This document shows, in pieces, positions 8,797 to 19,564 of a DNA stretch of 64,000 nt. This stretch comes from an uncultured Actinomycetes bacterium (lineage in GTDB: Bacteria > Actinomycetota > Thermoleophilia > Gaiellales > Gaiellaceae): NCBI GenBank assembly GCA_963838795.1, contig CAWISL010000005.1, forward strand, positions 120,092 to 184,091, in the 5' to 3' direction. The translations under genes and the position numbers were made by a program. The notes below the pieces were generated by a model. It did not search any database and was not told the DNA's origin. It saw nothing but the letters and a program-made list of their open reading frames with translations. The stretch's first letter is position 1, and every line of letters begins with the position of its first letter.

Positions 8797-10029
8797 GTGG
8801 CCAGCGTCGTCCTGCTCGGCACGCTCGACACGAAGGGGAACGAGTACGCGTTCCTGCGTTCGCTGCTGGACGGCCACGGCGTCGAGACGATCCTGGTCGA
8901 CACCGGCGTTCTCGGGGAGCCTCGCACTCCCCCGGACGTGACGCGCGACGATGTGGCGCGGGCAGCCGGCGCCGACGTCGGCGCGCTCGCCGCCGCGGGC
9001 GACCGCGGGGCCGCGGTGGCGACGATGGCGCGCGGCGCGGCCGAGATCGTCTCGCGGCTCTACGCCGACGAGCGTCTCGACGGCGTCCTCGCGCTCGGAG
9101 GCTCGGGCGGGACGGCAGTCGCCGCCGAGGCCATGCAGGCGCTGCCCGTCGGGGTCCCGAAGCTCATCGTCTCGACAATGGCCTCGGGCGACACCCGCCC
9201 CTACGTGGGCGCGACCGACGTGACGATGACGTACTCCGTCGTCGACATCGCCGGGATCAACGCCGTCTCGTCCCGCATCCTGGCCAACGCCGCGGCCGCC
9301 ATGGCGGGCATGGTGAAGTCGGAGCCGCCTTCGGTCGAGGGCGGGAAGCCACTCGTCGGGGCGACGATGTTCGGGGTCACGACACCGTGTGTGACCGAGG
9401 CCCGGGAGCGCCTCGAGGAGCTCGGCTACGAAGTGCTCGTCTTCCACGCCACCGGCACGGGCGGGCAGTCGATGGAGGCGCTCATGCGGAGCGGCTTCAT
9501 CACCGCCTCGCTGGACGTCACGACAACCGAGCTTGCGGATGACCTCGTCGGCGGCGTTCTTTCCGCGGGCCCCGACCGGCTCGAGGCCGGCGGCGAGCTC
9601 GGGATTCCCCAGGTCGTCTCCCTGGGTGCGCTCGACATGGTCAACTTCGGCGCTGTCGAGACGGTGCCGGTCCAGTTCCACGACCGGCTCCTCTACAAGC
9701 ACAACCCGACGGTCACCCTCATGCGCACGACACCGGAGGAGTGCGCCGAGCTCGGGCGGCGCATCGGCCGCAAGCTCTCGGCGGCAACCGGGCCCGTGAC
9801 GCTGTTCATCCCGCTTCGCGGAGTGTCGCTCATCGCCGTGGACGGCCAGGTCTTCCACGATCCGGAGGCCGACCAGGCGCTCTTCGACGGCCTTCGCGAG
9901 ACGCTCGATCCCGACGTGGACGTGCGCGAGCTGGACACGGACATCAACGACCCCGCCTTCGCCCAGGCAATGGTCGACACCCTCCACGAGCACTATCGGG
10001 CCTGGACGGCCGGGGGAGTGCGAGCATGA
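8797..10029 (+). CDS. UPF0261 / Tm-1 N-terminal-like ATP-binding domain protein (copy 1)
   Basis: GTG 8797. [16 protein letters not shown]...[41 protein letters not shown]...[10 protein letters not shown]...VFHATGTGG. Confidence 0.85.
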   Translation: MASVVLLGTLDTKGNEYAFLRSLLDGHGVETILVDTGVLGEPRTPPDVTRDDVARAAGADVGALAAAGDRGAAVATMARGAAEIVSRLYADERLDGVLALGGSGGTAVAAEAMQALPVGVPKLIVSTMASGDTRPYVGATDVTMTYSVVDIAGINAVSSRILANAAAAMAGMVKSEPPSVEGGKPLVGATMFGVTTPCVTEARERLEELGYEVLVFHATGTGGQSMEALMRSGFITASLDVTTTELADDLVGGVLSAGPDRLEAGGELGIPQVVSLGALDMVNFGAVETVPVQFHDRLLYKHNPTVTLMRTTPEECAELGRRIGRKLSAATGPVTLFIPLRGVSLIAVDGQVFHDPEADQALFDGLRETLDPDVDVRELDTDINDPAFAQAMVDTLHEHYRAWTAGGVRA

Positions 10030-10871
10030 CGCGCGCGCAGGCTCTGGAACGCCTCCGGGCGCAGGTCCGGGAGGGCCGGCCGATCGTCGGCGCAGGCGCC
10101 GGGACGGGGCTCTCGGCGAAGTGCGCCGAGGCCGGCGGCGCCGACCTCATCATCATCTACAACTCCGGGCGCTATCGCATGGCGGGCAGGGGATCGCTCG
10201 CGGGCCTCCTCCCCTACGGCGACGCCAACGCGATCGTCATGGAGATGGCCGGCGAAGTGCTCCCCGTCGTGGAGTCGACGCCCGTCCTCGCCGGCGTCTG
10301 CGGCACGGACCCGTTTCGCCTCATGCCGGTCTTCCTCCGGCAGCTGCGGGAGGCTGGCTTCACGGGAGTCCAGAACTTTCCCACCGTCGGCCTCATCGAC
10401 GGCACGTTCCGTCAAAACCTCGAGGAGACGGGCATGAGCTACGCGCGCGAGGTGGACGCCATCCGCGCCGCCCGTGAGCTCGACCTCCTTACGTGCCCCT
10501 ACGTCTTCACCCCGGGCGACGCCCGAGCGATGGCGGAGGCGGGAGCCGACGTACTGGTTCCGCACATGGGCCTGACGACAGGAGGGACGATCGGCGCCGG
10601 GACCGCGAAAACGCTGGACGAGTCGATCGAGCTCATCCAGGCCATGCACGACGCAGCCGTGGAGATCGCGCCCGACATCCTCGTGCTCTGCCACGGCGGC
10701 CCGATCGCCGAGCCCGAGGACGCCGCCTACGTGCTCGAGCGCACGCGCGGCGTCGTTGGCTTCTTCGGCGCCTCGAGCATGGAGCGGCTCCCGACCGAAG
10801 TCGCGTTGACCGAGACCGTGAAGCGCTTCAAGGCTATTCCGGCCCGGCCGAGGGAAGGAGAGCGCGTATGA
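10026..10871 (+). CDS. PEP-hydrolase-like / TIM-barrel signal transduction family protein (Tm-1 C-terminal-like)
   Basis: ATGA overlap with copy 1. [45 protein letters not shown]...[16 protein letters not shown]...PHMGLTTGG...[11 protein letters not shown]. Confidence 0.85.
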   Translation: MTRAQALERLRAQVREGRPIVGAGAGTGLSAKCAEAGGADLIIIYNSGRYRMAGRGSLAGLLPYGDANAIVMEMAGEVLPVVESTPVLAGVCGTDPFRLMPVFLRQLREAGFTGVQNFPTVGLIDGTFRQNLEETGMSYAREVDAIRAARELDLLTCPYVFTPGDARAMAEAGADVLVPHMGLTTGGTIGAGTAKTLDESIELIQAMHDAAVEIAPDILVLCHGGPIAEPEDAAYVLERTRGVVGFFGASSMERLPTEVALTETVKRFKAIPARPREGERV

Positions 10872-11272
10872 ACGGGAGGTTCGTCCACGAGGCCGACATC
10901 GAACGCGAGCAGCTCGACTGGGGAGGCCTCGCGTGGATCAGCCGGCCTCCTTCCACCGGAGCGCGGCAGCTCACCGTGATCGACGTGTCGCTCGAGCCCG
11001 GGCACGGCCACGACTTTCACACGCACCCCGAGCAGGAGGAGGTCATCGTCGTCCAGGCAGGCGCGATCGAGCAGTGGCTCGAAGGCGAGAAGACGGTTCT
11101 CGGGCCGGGCGAGGCCGTCTTCATCGGCAGGGGCACCGTCCATGCCTCGTTCAACACGGGCCAGGAGACCGCACGCCTGACGGTCGCCCTCGGCCCGTGC
11201 ATCGGCGACGGAGGCTACGAGCTCGTCGACGTCTCTGGTGAGGAGCCCTGGAGGTCGCTGCGTACGCAGTGA
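10868..11272 (+). CDS. Cupin domain protein
   Basis: ATGA overlap. [18 protein letters not shown]...[16 protein letters not shown] (two-His cupin motifs). Confidence 0.8.
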   Translation: MNGRFVHEADIEREQLDWGGLAWISRPPSTGARQLTVIDVSLEPGHGHDFHTHPEQEEVIVVQAGAIEQWLEGEKTVLGPGEAVFIGRGTVHASFNTGQETARLTVALGPCIGDGGYELVDVSGEEPWRSLRTQ

Positions 11273-12693
11273 GCGTCGACGCCCCCAAGATCGAGACTCT
11301 GGCGCGGGATCTCCGCGACCTCGTCGGCTCCGACGCGGTCGTCGCCGACGCGGACGCCCTGGAGCGCTACTCCGCCGACACCTACTGGAAGGCGCTCGCG
11401 GCGCGGGCGCACGGCACTCCGCTCGGCCTCCCCGACGCCGCCGTCCTGCCGGCCGACGAAGCCGGCGTGGCGTCCGTGCTGCGCTTCGCCAACGAGCGGC
11501 GCCTTCCCGTCGTCCCGCGCGGCGGCGGCTCGGGAAGCCAGGGAGGGGCGGTCCCGGTCGGAGGAGGCATCCTCCTCGACCTCACGCGCCTCGATCGGAT
11601 CGTCGAGATCGACGAGGAATCGCTGACGGTCACCGCCGAGGCCGGCGTCAACGGCGAGATGCTCGAGCGCGCCCTCAACGAGCGAGGGCTCATGCTCCCC
11701 CATTACCCGGCCTCCGTCGACCTGGCGACCGTCGGCGGCTACGTCGCCGCGCGCGGCTCAGGGGTGCTCTCGACGCGCTACGGGAAGATCGAGGACCTCG
11801 TCCTCTCGCTCCGCGTCGCCCTCGCCGACGGCAGCCTGATCGAGACCGTCGCCGTCCCGAGGCATGCAGTCGGGCCGGAGCTGACGCAGCTCTTCGTCGG
11901 CTCCGAGGGCACGCTCGGCGTCGTCACCCGTGCGACCTTGCAGCTGGCCCCGCTCCCGGCGGCGCGGCGCTTCGAGGCGGTCTCGTTCGCGTCGGTGCCC
12001 GAAGGGATCGCCGCCGTGCGCTCCTGCATCTCCCGTGGGCTGCGCCCGTCGGTCGTTCGCATGTACGACGAGGTGGCGACGCGCACGTCGCTCGGCCCCG
12101 TCGTGGAGCGCGAGCTCGAGGGCGTTTGCACGGTCTTCTGCTGTGAAGGCGAGCCGGCCGTCGCCGACGCGGAGGCGGAGACGCTCCTCGCCGTGGCGCG
12201 CGAGCACGGCGGGGTCGTCCTCGACGGCGGGCTCGGCGAGACCTGGTGGCGGCGGCGGTACGAGTTCTACAAGCCCCCGCACCATCCGCAGCTTCCCTCG
12301 ATCTGGGGAACGATCGAAGCCGTCGCCCCCTACGCCCGCATCTACGACGTCTACCGGGCGGTGAAGACGGCGGTCGAGGCCCCCTACGCCGAGCACGGGC
12401 TCACGCTCAAGGTCCATTTCAGCCACTGGTATCCGTGGGGGACGATGATGTACGGGCGCTTCATCGTCCCGGACGGCGGGCCCGAGGCGATCGACCTCCA
12501 CGACCGCATCTGGGAGGACGCGGTGGCGGCGATGCTGAGGGCCGGCGGCGTCATGAACGACCACCACGGCGTCGGGCTGAAGCTCGCGCCGTACATGCGC
12601 GCCCAGCACGGGTCGGCGCTCGACGTCCTGCGGCGGATCAAGGAGGTGCTCGACCCGAACCGGATCATGAACCCCGGCAAGCTCGATCTGTAA
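11269..12693 (+). CDS. FAD-linked oxidase (PCMH-type FAD-binding, GlcD/D-lactate dehydrogenase-like)
   Basis: GTGA overlap. VVPRGGGSGSQGG...VTAEAGV...GGYVAARGSGVLSTRYGKIEDLV...FVGSEGTLGVVT...HHGVGLK...DPNRIMNPGKL. Confidence 0.85.
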   Translation: MSVDAPKIETLARDLRDLVGSDAVVADADALERYSADTYWKALAARAHGTPLGLPDAAVLPADEAGVASVLRFANERRLPVVPRGGGSGSQGGAVPVGGGILLDLTRLDRIVEIDEESLTVTAEAGVNGEMLERALNERGLMLPHYPASVDLATVGGYVAARGSGVLSTRYGKIEDLVLSLRVALADGSLIETVAVPRHAVGPELTQLFVGSEGTLGVVTRATLQLAPLPAARRFEAVSFASVPEGIAAVRSCISRGLRPSVVRMYDEVATRTSLGPVVERELEGVCTVFCCEGEPAVADAEAETLLAVAREHGGVVLDGGLGETWWRRRYEFYKPPHHPQLPSIWGTIEAVAPYARIYDVYRAVKTAVEAPYAEHGLTLKVHFSHWYPWGTMMYGRFIVPDGGPEAIDLHDRIWEDAVAAMLRAGGVMNDHHGVGLKLAPYMRAQHGSALDVLRRIKEVLDPNRIMNPGKLDL

Positions 12694-12719
12694 GGCAGTC
12701 GGCAACGCGAGGAGGACCG

Positions 12720-13628
12720 ATGGGACTGAAGGTGGCGATGCACAACTGGATGCGGCCCGAGCCGATCGAGACGACGATCCGACGTCTGGGCCGGTGCGGC
12801 TACGACGGCATCGAGATCTCGGGAGAGCCCGCGCTCTACGACGCGAAGCACGTTCGCTCCCTGCTCGACGAGAACGGGCTCGAGTGCTGGGGGTCCGTGA
12901 CGCTCATGGTCGGCGGCCGCGACCTCCTGCACGAGGACAAGTACGTGCGCATCGGCAGCGTCCAGTACGTGAAGGACACGCTCGACCTGATCCAGGCCCT
13001 CGGCGGCTCGATCCTGACCGTCGTTCCGTCCACGGTCGGCAAGGTCACGCCGATGTCGACCCCGGAGGAGGAGTGGAAGTGGGCGGTCGAGAGCCTGAAG
13101 GAGTGCCAGGCCCACGCCGAGAAGTGCGGAGTCCGGCTCGCGCTCGAGCCGCTCAACCGCTTCGAAACCTACTTCCTCAACCGTTGCGACCAGGCCCTCG
13201 CGCTGTCGGAGGACGTCGGCGGCGACTGCGGCGTCTGCCTCGACATCTTCCACATGAACATCGAGGAGGCCGACTGGCCGGCCGCCATCAGGGCCGCCGG
13301 CGATCAACTGGTCGACTTCCACGTCGCCGACAACAACCGCATGCCGCCCGGGCAGGGCGCGATCGACTGGGAGCTGATCGTCCGCACGCTAGGCGAGATC
13401 GGCTACGACGGGTATCTCACCGTCGAGTTCGTCGCCACGGTCGATCGCAGCCGCATCTCCGAGCGCACCGAGATCGGGGACGCATCCGAGGCCGACGCGA
13501 GCGTGGGGCTCGAGCAGTTCCTGCGCGATCACGGAACGGGCGCCGTGCCGGAGGAGCTGTACGACCGCTACGTGCAGGAGTCGATCGACTGCTTGCGCCA
13601 GGCCATGAGCGCCGCAGCTCCTGCGTAG
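12720..13628 (+). CDS. Sugar phosphate isomerase/epimerase (xylose-isomerase-like TIM barrel)
   Basis: ATG 12720 after ggagga. GYDGIEISGEP...RLALEPLNRFETYF...DIFHMNIEE...HVADNNRMPPGQGAIDW...GYDGYLTVEF. Confidence 0.85.
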   Translation: MGLKVAMHNWMRPEPIETTIRRLGRCGYDGIEISGEPALYDAKHVRSLLDENGLECWGSVTLMVGGRDLLHEDKYVRIGSVQYVKDTLDLIQALGGSILTVVPSTVGKVTPMSTPEEEWKWAVESLKECQAHAEKCGVRLALEPLNRFETYFLNRCDQALALSEDVGGDCGVCLDIFHMNIEEADWPAAIRAAGDQLVDFHVADNNRMPPGQGAIDWELIVRTLGEIGYDGYLTVEFVATVDRSRISERTEIGDASEADASVGLEQFLRDHGTGAVPEELYDRYVQESIDCLRQAMSAAAPA

Positions 13629-13638
13629 AGGAGATCCG

Positions 13639-14493
13639 ATGGAGCTTCCCTCCTACAACATCGCCGATCTCGCCCCGCCGGACATCAAGGCGTACCTGGG
13701 CGAGAAGGACATCGTGATGATCCCCATCGCGAGCATGGAGCAGCACGGGCCGCACCTGCCGCTCGCGACCGACACGATCCAGGCCGACGAGATCACCCGG
13801 CGGGCGGCCGAGCGGGCCCAGGTCCTCTACACCCCCTGCATCTGGTTCGGCTACTCGCCGCAGCACATGTACGACCCCGGCGACGGAACGGGAACGATCA
13901 CGATCCGCTCGCAGATCCTGCTCGACGTCTACCACGACGTCGCGCGCTCGCTCATCCACCACGGGTTCAGCCGGCTCGTGTTCGTGAACAACCACGGTTC
14001 GAACACGAAGATCATCGATCCGCTGCTGCGACGGATCCGCTACGAGACCGGCGCGTTCGTCACGTTCTCCAAGCTCTACGCCGAGCGCTACCTCGGGCTG
14101 ATCGAGCCGGTCATGGAGAACCCGCCCGAGGAGACGCCCGGCTGGCACTCCAGCGAGCTCGAGACAGCCCAGGTCATGGCCCACGACGAGGGGCTCGTCC
14201 GGATGGACCGCGCCGTGAACCAGAAGGTGAGACGGCCGGACTGGTTCCCCGAGGGCTTCGTCAAGCTGGACGGCGCGCCGGAGGTGGAGTTCCAGGGCTA
14301 TCAGTACTTCCTCTTCCCCACGGATCACGGCGACTTCACGCCGAGCGGCGTGATCGGCAACCCGTTTCGAGCGACTGCCGAGAAGGGCGAGCGCACCTAC
14401 GAGCTCTACGCCGAGCACCTCGCCGCGGCGCTCGAGGAGTTCCAAAGGGTGCCGGTCGACGTGCACACGCGGGAGTGGCTCGAGCGGGCGTGA
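13639..14493 (+). CDS. Creatininase-family amidohydrolase
   Basis: IVMIPIASMEQHGPHLPLATD...FVNNHGSN...GWHSSELETA: the creatininase metal-ligand pattern. Confidence 0.85.
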   Translation: MELPSYNIADLAPPDIKAYLGEKDIVMIPIASMEQHGPHLPLATDTIQADEITRRAAERAQVLYTPCIWFGYSPQHMYDPGDGTGTITIRSQILLDVYHDVARSLIHHGFSRLVFVNNHGSNTKIIDPLLRRIRYETGAFVTFSKLYAERYLGLIEPVMENPPEETPGWHSSELETAQVMAHDEGLVRMDRAVNQKVRRPDWFPEGFVKLDGAPEVEFQGYQYFLFPTDHGDFTPSGVIGNPFRATAEKGERTYELYAEHLAAALEEFQRVPVDVHTREWLERA

Positions 14494-14500
14494 GCGACCT

Positions 14501-15739
14501 GTGACGAACGAGCCGCAGATCGCGCTGATCGGGACCCTCGACACGAAGGGCGACGAGATCGCGTACGTGCGCGAGCGCCTCGCCGGCCTCGGCGTTCGGC
14601 CGGTCGTGATCGACTCAGGGATCCTGGGCGAGCCGGGCACGAGCGCCGACGTCACACGCGAGGAGGTGGCCGGCGAGGCGGGGTACGAGCTGGAGCAGGT
14701 TCAGTCGGCGGGCAGCCGCGGGGCTGCGGTCGAGCTCATGGAGCAGGGAGTGCGTGCCGTCTGCCTGCGCCTCTGGCTCGAGGGCCGTCTGCACGGCGTG
14801 CTCTGCCTGGGCGGGGCCGAGGGAGCGCTCCTGGGAGCAGCCGGGATGCGCGCCCTCCCGGTCGGCGTCCCGAAGCTGATCGTGACTCCCAGCGCCTCGG
14901 GTCGGCGTGCGTTCGGCCCCTTCGTCGGCGAGAGCGACGTCCTCGTCATGCACTCGGTCGTCGACATCCTCGGCCTCAACCCCATCGCGCGGACGGTCTT
15001 CGACAACGCCGCGGCAGCCGTCGCGGGCATGGCTCGAGACGCCGGACGCCCGCTTCAGGACCTGGGCGGCCGGAGCGTGGGCATCACGATGCTCGGCCAC
15101 ACCACTCCCGCGGTGATGCGCATCCGCGCGGGCCTCGCGCTGGCCGGCCACGAGCCGGTCATCTTCCACGCGAACGGCGTCGGCGGCCCGGCGATGGAGA
15201 AGCTCGTCGAGGCGGGCGCGCTCGCGGGCGTGATCGACTACACGCTCTCCGAGCTTGCGAACTCGCTCCTCGACGGGCTCCACGCGACGGGGCCCGACCG
15301 CCTCCGAGTCGCGGGCGCTCATGGCCTCCCGCAGGTGGTGGTTCCGGGCTGCGTCGACTTCTTCAACCAGGGGGCGCTCGACACCGTCCCCGCCGAGTAC
15401 CGCGCCCGCCAGAGCTACTACCACAATCCGGTGGCGACGCTCGTCCGGCTCGAGCCGGGTGAGATGGCCGAGCTCGGAGGCATGGTCGCCGAACGGCTCA
15501 ACGACGCCCAGGGGGCCGTTCACGTCGTCGCCCCGACCCTCGGCTTCTCGCTGGCGGACGTCGAGGGCGGCGACCTCTGGTTTCCGGAGGCCGACGCCGC
15601 ATTCCTGGACGCGCTCGGCTCCGCCCTGCGGCCGGACATCCAGCTCGAGCTCGTCGACACCCACGTGAACGACCCGGAGCTCGCCGATCTCGTCGTCGAG
15701 CGATACCTCGTCCTGGCCTCCGCGCCGTCGGCGACCTGA
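14501..15739 (+). CDS. UPF0261 / Tm-1 N-terminal-like ATP-binding domain protein (copy 2, no adjacent TIM partner)
   Basis: IALIGTLDTKGDEIAY...[29 protein letters not shown]...HSVVDILGLN...IFHANGVGG. Colinear with copy 1. Confidence 0.85.
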   Translation: MTNEPQIALIGTLDTKGDEIAYVRERLAGLGVRPVVIDSGILGEPGTSADVTREEVAGEAGYELEQVQSAGSRGAAVELMEQGVRAVCLRLWLEGRLHGVLCLGGAEGALLGAAGMRALPVGVPKLIVTPSASGRRAFGPFVGESDVLVMHSVVDILGLNPIARTVFDNAAAAVAGMARDAGRPLQDLGGRSVGITMLGHTTPAVMRIRAGLALAGHEPVIFHANGVGGPAMEKLVEAGALAGVIDYTLSELANSLLDGLHATGPDRLRVAGAHGLPQVVVPGCVDFFNQGALDTVPAEYRARQSYYHNPVATLVRLEPGEMAELGGMVAERLNDAQGAVHVVAPTLGFSLADVEGGDLWFPEADAAFLDALGSALRPDIQLELVDTHVNDPELADLVVERYLVLASAPSAT

Positions 15740-15751
15740 GGGACGGAATCG

Positions 15752-16561
15752 ATGCCCGCGGACTTGCGCAGAGCCAGCATCCTCGAGCGGATCCAGCGCG
15801 ACGGGGGCGCGTCGGTCGCCGAGCTGGCGCGCGACTACGGCGTCTCCCAGATCACGGTTCACCGCGACCTGGAGCGACTCGGCCGCGACGGCCTCATCGA
15901 GCGCGTTCACGGAGGCGCTCGCCTCCCCGGCAGCGGTCCCAGCGAGCTCCGCGTGGCGACCGACTGGACGAAGCGGCTGGAGCACGCGCTGCAGGCGAAG
16001 GAGGCGATCGCGGCACGTGCTGCCCGGTTCGTCGAGGACGGCTCGACGATCTTCGTCGACTCCTCCACCACGTGCCTCGTGTTCGCCCGCCACCTGCAGC
16101 GCCTTCCACCGCGTGCGCTCACCCTCGTGACGAACTCGCCGGCGATCGCGGGCGAGCTGCACGCGCAGTCGATCCACGTCGTCGTCACGCCCGGCGAGGT
16201 CGACCAGACGCTCCGGATGATCGGCGGCCGCTGGGCGGCGGAGTTCCTCGGCGACCTCAACATGGAGACGGCCTTCGTCTCGGCCGGAGGCGTCACGCTC
16301 GAGAACGGGCTGACCACGACGCGACGAGCCCTGGCCGACACGCTGAGAGCCGCGTCCGCCTCCTCGGCGAAGACGATCGGGCTCATCGACTCGTCCAAGT
16401 TCGGCCTCTCGGCGCTGCTTTCGATCGCACGCCCGGACGAGCTCGACGCTCTCGTGGTCGACGACGGCCTCCCGCGCAAGACGATCCGCGCCTATCAGGC
16501 TGCGGGCGTCAATCTCATCCTGGCCGAGGGCCAGCCAATCTCCCCTGCCACGAACGCCTAA
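15752..16561 (+). CDS. DeoR family transcriptional regulator
   Basis: N-terminal wHTH: RRASILERIQRDGGASVAELARDYGVSQITVHRDLERL. C-terminal DeoR sugar-binding-type domain. Confidence 0.9.
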   Translation: MPADLRRASILERIQRDGGASVAELARDYGVSQITVHRDLERLGRDGLIERVHGGARLPGSGPSELRVATDWTKRLEHALQAKEAIAARAARFVEDGSTIFVDSSTTCLVFARHLQRLPPRALTLVTNSPAIAGELHAQSIHVVVTPGEVDQTLRMIGGRWAAEFLGDLNMETAFVSAGGVTLENGLTTTRRALADTLRAASASSAKTIGLIDSSKFGLSALLSIARPDELDALVVDDGLPRKTIRAYQAAGVNLILAEGQPISPATNA

Positions 16562-16573
16562 GGAGGACAGCGA

Positions 16574-17572
16574 ATGGCACGTCCCGTCACGCTCTTCACC
16601 GGCCAGTGGGCCGACCTTCCGCTCGACGAGCTCGCCGGCAAGGCCTCCGCCTGGGGCTTCGACGGCCTCGAGCTGGCCTGCTGGGGCGACCACTTCGACG
16701 TCGACGAGGCACTCGCCGAACCCAGGTACGTCGACGGACGCCACGAGATCCTCGCGCGGCACGGCCTGCAGTGCTTCGCGATCTCCACGCACCTCGTCGG
16801 CCAGGCGGTGTGCGACCCCGTCGATGAGCGACACCGGGCGATCCTGCCCCCCGACGTCTGGGGGGACGGCGATCCGGAAGGGGTGCGGCAGCGCGCGGCC
16901 GACAAGGTCAAGGACACCGCCCGGGCCGCTGCCAGGTTCGGGGTCACCCAGGTGAACGGCTTCACGGGCTCGTCCATCTGGCATCTTCTCTACTCGTTCC
17001 CGCCCAACGACTTCGATGCGATCGAGGCCGGCTACCGGGACTTCGCGGAACGCTGGGGCCCGATCGTCGACGTCTTCGAGGCCGAGGGCGTTCGCTACGG
17101 GCTCGAGGTGCATCCGACCGAGATCGCCTACGACTTCGTGACGACGCGCAAGACGCTCGAGGCGATCGACCGGCGCGAAGGCTTCGGAATCAACTTCGAC
17201 CCGAGCCACTTCGCCCATCAGTCCCTCGACTCGGCCGCGTTCGTGGACGAGTTCGCCGACCGCATCTACCACGTCCACGTCAAGGATTCGCAGAAGAATC
17301 TCGACGGCCGCAGCTCGATCCTCGGCGGCCACCTGAACTTCGGCGAGGCCGGGCGCGGCTGGGACTTCGTCTCGCCGGGGCACGGGGACGTGGACTTCGA
17401 GTCGCTCTTCCGCGCCCTCAATCGGATCGGCTACGAAGGGCCGCTCTCGATCGAGTGGGAAGACGCGGGGATGGACCGCGAGTGGGGCGCCCAGGACGCG
17501 TTGGCGTTCGTGCGCAGGAGCGACTTTACCCCGTCCGCGCTCGCCTTCGACGCGGCCTACGAGAGGAGCTGA
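16574..17572 (+). CDS. Sugar phosphate isomerase/epimerase (xylose-isomerase-like TIM barrel)
   Basis: [15 protein letters not shown]...[12 protein letters not shown]...NFDPSHF...HVHVKDS...[12 protein letters not shown]. Confidence 0.85.
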   Translation: MARPVTLFTGQWADLPLDELAGKASAWGFDGLELACWGDHFDVDEALAEPRYVDGRHEILARHGLQCFAISTHLVGQAVCDPVDERHRAILPPDVWGDGDPEGVRQRAADKVKDTARAAARFGVTQVNGFTGSSIWHLLYSFPPNDFDAIEAGYRDFAERWGPIVDVFEAEGVRYGLEVHPTEIAYDFVTTRKTLEAIDRREGFGINFDPSHFAHQSLDSAAFVDEFADRIYHVHVKDSQKNLDGRSSILGGHLNFGEAGRGWDFVSPGHGDVDFESLFRALNRIGYEGPLSIEWEDAGMDREWGAQDALAFVRRSDFTPSALAFDAAYERS

Positions 17573-17574
17573 CG

Positions 17575-18741
17575 ATGGCGGACGAGGGCGAGGTCGGCTT
17601 CCTCACGATGGGGCGGGCCGGGGGCACGGACGAGGCCCGGACGATCGGGGTCGGCATGCTCGGCTATGCGTTCATGGGCAAGGCCCATTCGAACGCCTAT
17701 CGCAAGATCGCCTACATGACGTGGCCACCGCCGCTCGTGCCGCGGCTCGTGGCGATCTCCGGGCGGACCGAGGAGGCGGTCGCGGAGGCCGCGCGCCGCT
17801 ACGGGTTCGAGAGCTACGCGACCGACTGGCACGAGCTGATCGCAAACGACGAGGTCGAGCTCTTCGACAACAGCGGGCCCAACGACCTGCATGCGGAGCC
17901 CACGATCGCGGCGGCCGAGGCCGGCAAGCACGTCGTCTGCGAGAAGCCGCTCGCGCGCACCGCCGACGAGAGCTACGAGGTCTGGCAGCGCGTCGCAGCG
18001 GCGGGCGTGAAGCACATGTGCGCCTTCAACTACCGGTTCGTCCCGGCGGTACGGTTGGCCCGGGAGCTGCTCGAGGCCGGCGACCTGGGCGACATCTACC
18101 ACTTCCGGGGCCGGTATCTCCAGGAGTGGGGTGACATCGACGACGAGGTGTGGCGCTTCGACCGCGCAGCGGCCGGCTCGGGCGCGCTCGGCGACCTCGG
18201 CGCGCACGTGATCGACCTGGCGCGCTACCTCGTGGGCGAAATCGAGTCGGTGAGCGGCGCCACCCGCACGTTCAAGGAGGGGCGTGACGTCGACGACGCC
18301 TTCGAGTCGATCGTCACGTTCGCGAACGGCGCCGTCGGCACGATCGAGGCCTCACGCTTCTGTCCCGGACGGAAGAATGCCTTCGCCTGGGAGATCAACG
18401 GCTCGAAGGGCTCGATCGCCTTCGACCTCGAGCGGCTGAACGAGCTGCAGGTGCACCTTCGCGACTCGAAGCCCGGTGATCGGGCCCAGGGGTTCCGAAG
18501 CGTGCTCGTCTCCGAAGCCGATCACCCTTTCTGGGAGCACTGGTGGCCACACGGCCACATCATCGGCTGGGAGCACTCGTTCGTGCACGAGCTGCACCAC
18601 CTCCTCACCGCAATCGCGGAGGGCGGGGAGATCGGGCCGCACGGAGCGACGTTCGAGGACGGCTACCGGGCGGCCGAGGTCTGCGACGCGATCGTGCGCT
18701 CGAGCGACTCGGGCCGGCGCGAGGAGGTCGCATATCGCTAG
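17575..18741 (+). CDS. Gfo/Idh/MocA family oxidoreductase
   Basis: IGVGMLGYAFMGKAHSNAY...AGKHVVCEKPLA...; C-terminal alpha/beta domain. Confidence 0.9.
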   Translation: MADEGEVGFLTMGRAGGTDEARTIGVGMLGYAFMGKAHSNAYRKIAYMTWPPPLVPRLVAISGRTEEAVAEAARRYGFESYATDWHELIANDEVELFDNSGPNDLHAEPTIAAAEAGKHVVCEKPLARTADESYEVWQRVAAAGVKHMCAFNYRFVPAVRLARELLEAGDLGDIYHFRGRYLQEWGDIDDEVWRFDRAAAGSGALGDLGAHVIDLARYLVGEIESVSGATRTFKEGRDVDDAFESIVTFANGAVGTIEASRFCPGRKNAFAWEINGSKGSIAFDLERLNELQVHLRDSKPGDRAQGFRSVLVSEADHPFWEHWWPHGHIIGWEHSFVHELHHLLTAIAEGGEIGPHGATFEDGYRAAEVCDAIVRSSDSGRREEVAYR

Positions 18742-19564
18742 CCCCCGCCTGAACCGCCTCTTCGCCGCGGACGGGCGCTGCTTCGACGTCGCCGTCGACC
18801 ACGGCTTCTTCGGAGAGAGCTCGTTCCTCACCGGGATCGAAGACCTCGAGAGCGCCGTCCGAACGCTCGTGCAGGCGGCACCAGACGCGATCCAGCTCTC
18901 ACCCGGCCAGGCGCCGATTTTGCAACGCATAGCCGGCCCCGTGAAGCCGGCGCTCGTCCTGCGCACCGACGTCGCGAACGTCTACGGCCCGAGCCCCCCG
19001 TCGACGCTCTGGAGCGAGCTCGTCGAGGACGCCGTCGGGCAGGCGATTCGGCTCGACGCCACCTGCGTGGTCGTCAACCTGCTCTCGCTCCCCGGAGAGC
19101 CCGAGCTCCACCGGCAATGCGTCCGCAACGTGTCGACCCTCCGCGCGGCCTGCGAGCCCTGCGGCATGCCCTTGATGGTCGAGCCGCTGGCGATGAAGCA
19201 GGGCGACTCCGGCTACGGCGTGAACGGGGATGCCAACACGGTCGTGACGCTCGTCCGCCAGGCGGTCGAGCTGGGCGCCGACGTCATCAAGGCCGATCCC
19301 ACGGACGACCTGGACGACTACGGCCGGGTCGTCGAGGCCGCCGGCCGCGTGCCGCTGCTCGTCCGCGGCGGTGGGCGTGCGCCCGACGACGAGATCCTGA
19401 GGCGCACGGAGGCGGTACTCCGACACGGTGCCGCCGGGATCGTCTACGGGCGCAACGTCGTCCAGCATGCGGATCCCGTCGGGATGACGCTCGCGCTCAT
19501 GGCGGTCGTCCACGAGGGCGCGTCTGCCGAGCAGGCGCTCGCAGGCCTCGCCGCCCGTGCCTGA
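18734..19564 (+). CDS. Class I aldolase (DhnA/FbaB/LacD-type, DeoC superfamily); start codon unresolved
   Basis: RLNRLFAADGRCFDVAVDHG...VVVNLL...PLMVEPLA...GADVIKADPT...VRGGG...GIVYGRN. No ATG/GTG/TTG near the N-terminus. In-frame ATC at 18734 lies 6 nt after GGAGG (18723-18727); a CTG lies at 18749. Confidence 0.7.
   Translation: MASPRLNRLFAADGRCFDVAVDHGFFGESSFLTGIEDLESAVRTLVQAAPDAIQLSPGQAPILQRIAGPVKPALVLRTDVANVYGPSPPSTLWSELVEDAVGQAIRLDATCVVVNLLSLPGEPELHRQCVRNVSTLRAACEPCGMPLMVEPLAMKQGDSGYGVNGDANTVVTLVRQAVELGADVIKADPTDDLDDYGRVVEAAGRVPLLVRGGGRAPDDEILRRTEAVLRHGAAGIVYGRNVVQHADPVGMTLALMAVVHEGASAEQALAGLAARA

Noticed and set aside
14615-17383. 922-codon minus-strand ORF. Similar very long ORFs: 59804..61942 (+), 37751..40084 (+), 35786..37648 (+), 33921..36851 upstream part.
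   Set aside because: The translations are Arg/Pro/Gly/Ala-rich low-complexity strings. They lie antisense to, or out of frame with, genes that have clear family motifs. Stop-poor alternative frames of this kind are expected in GC-rich DNA.
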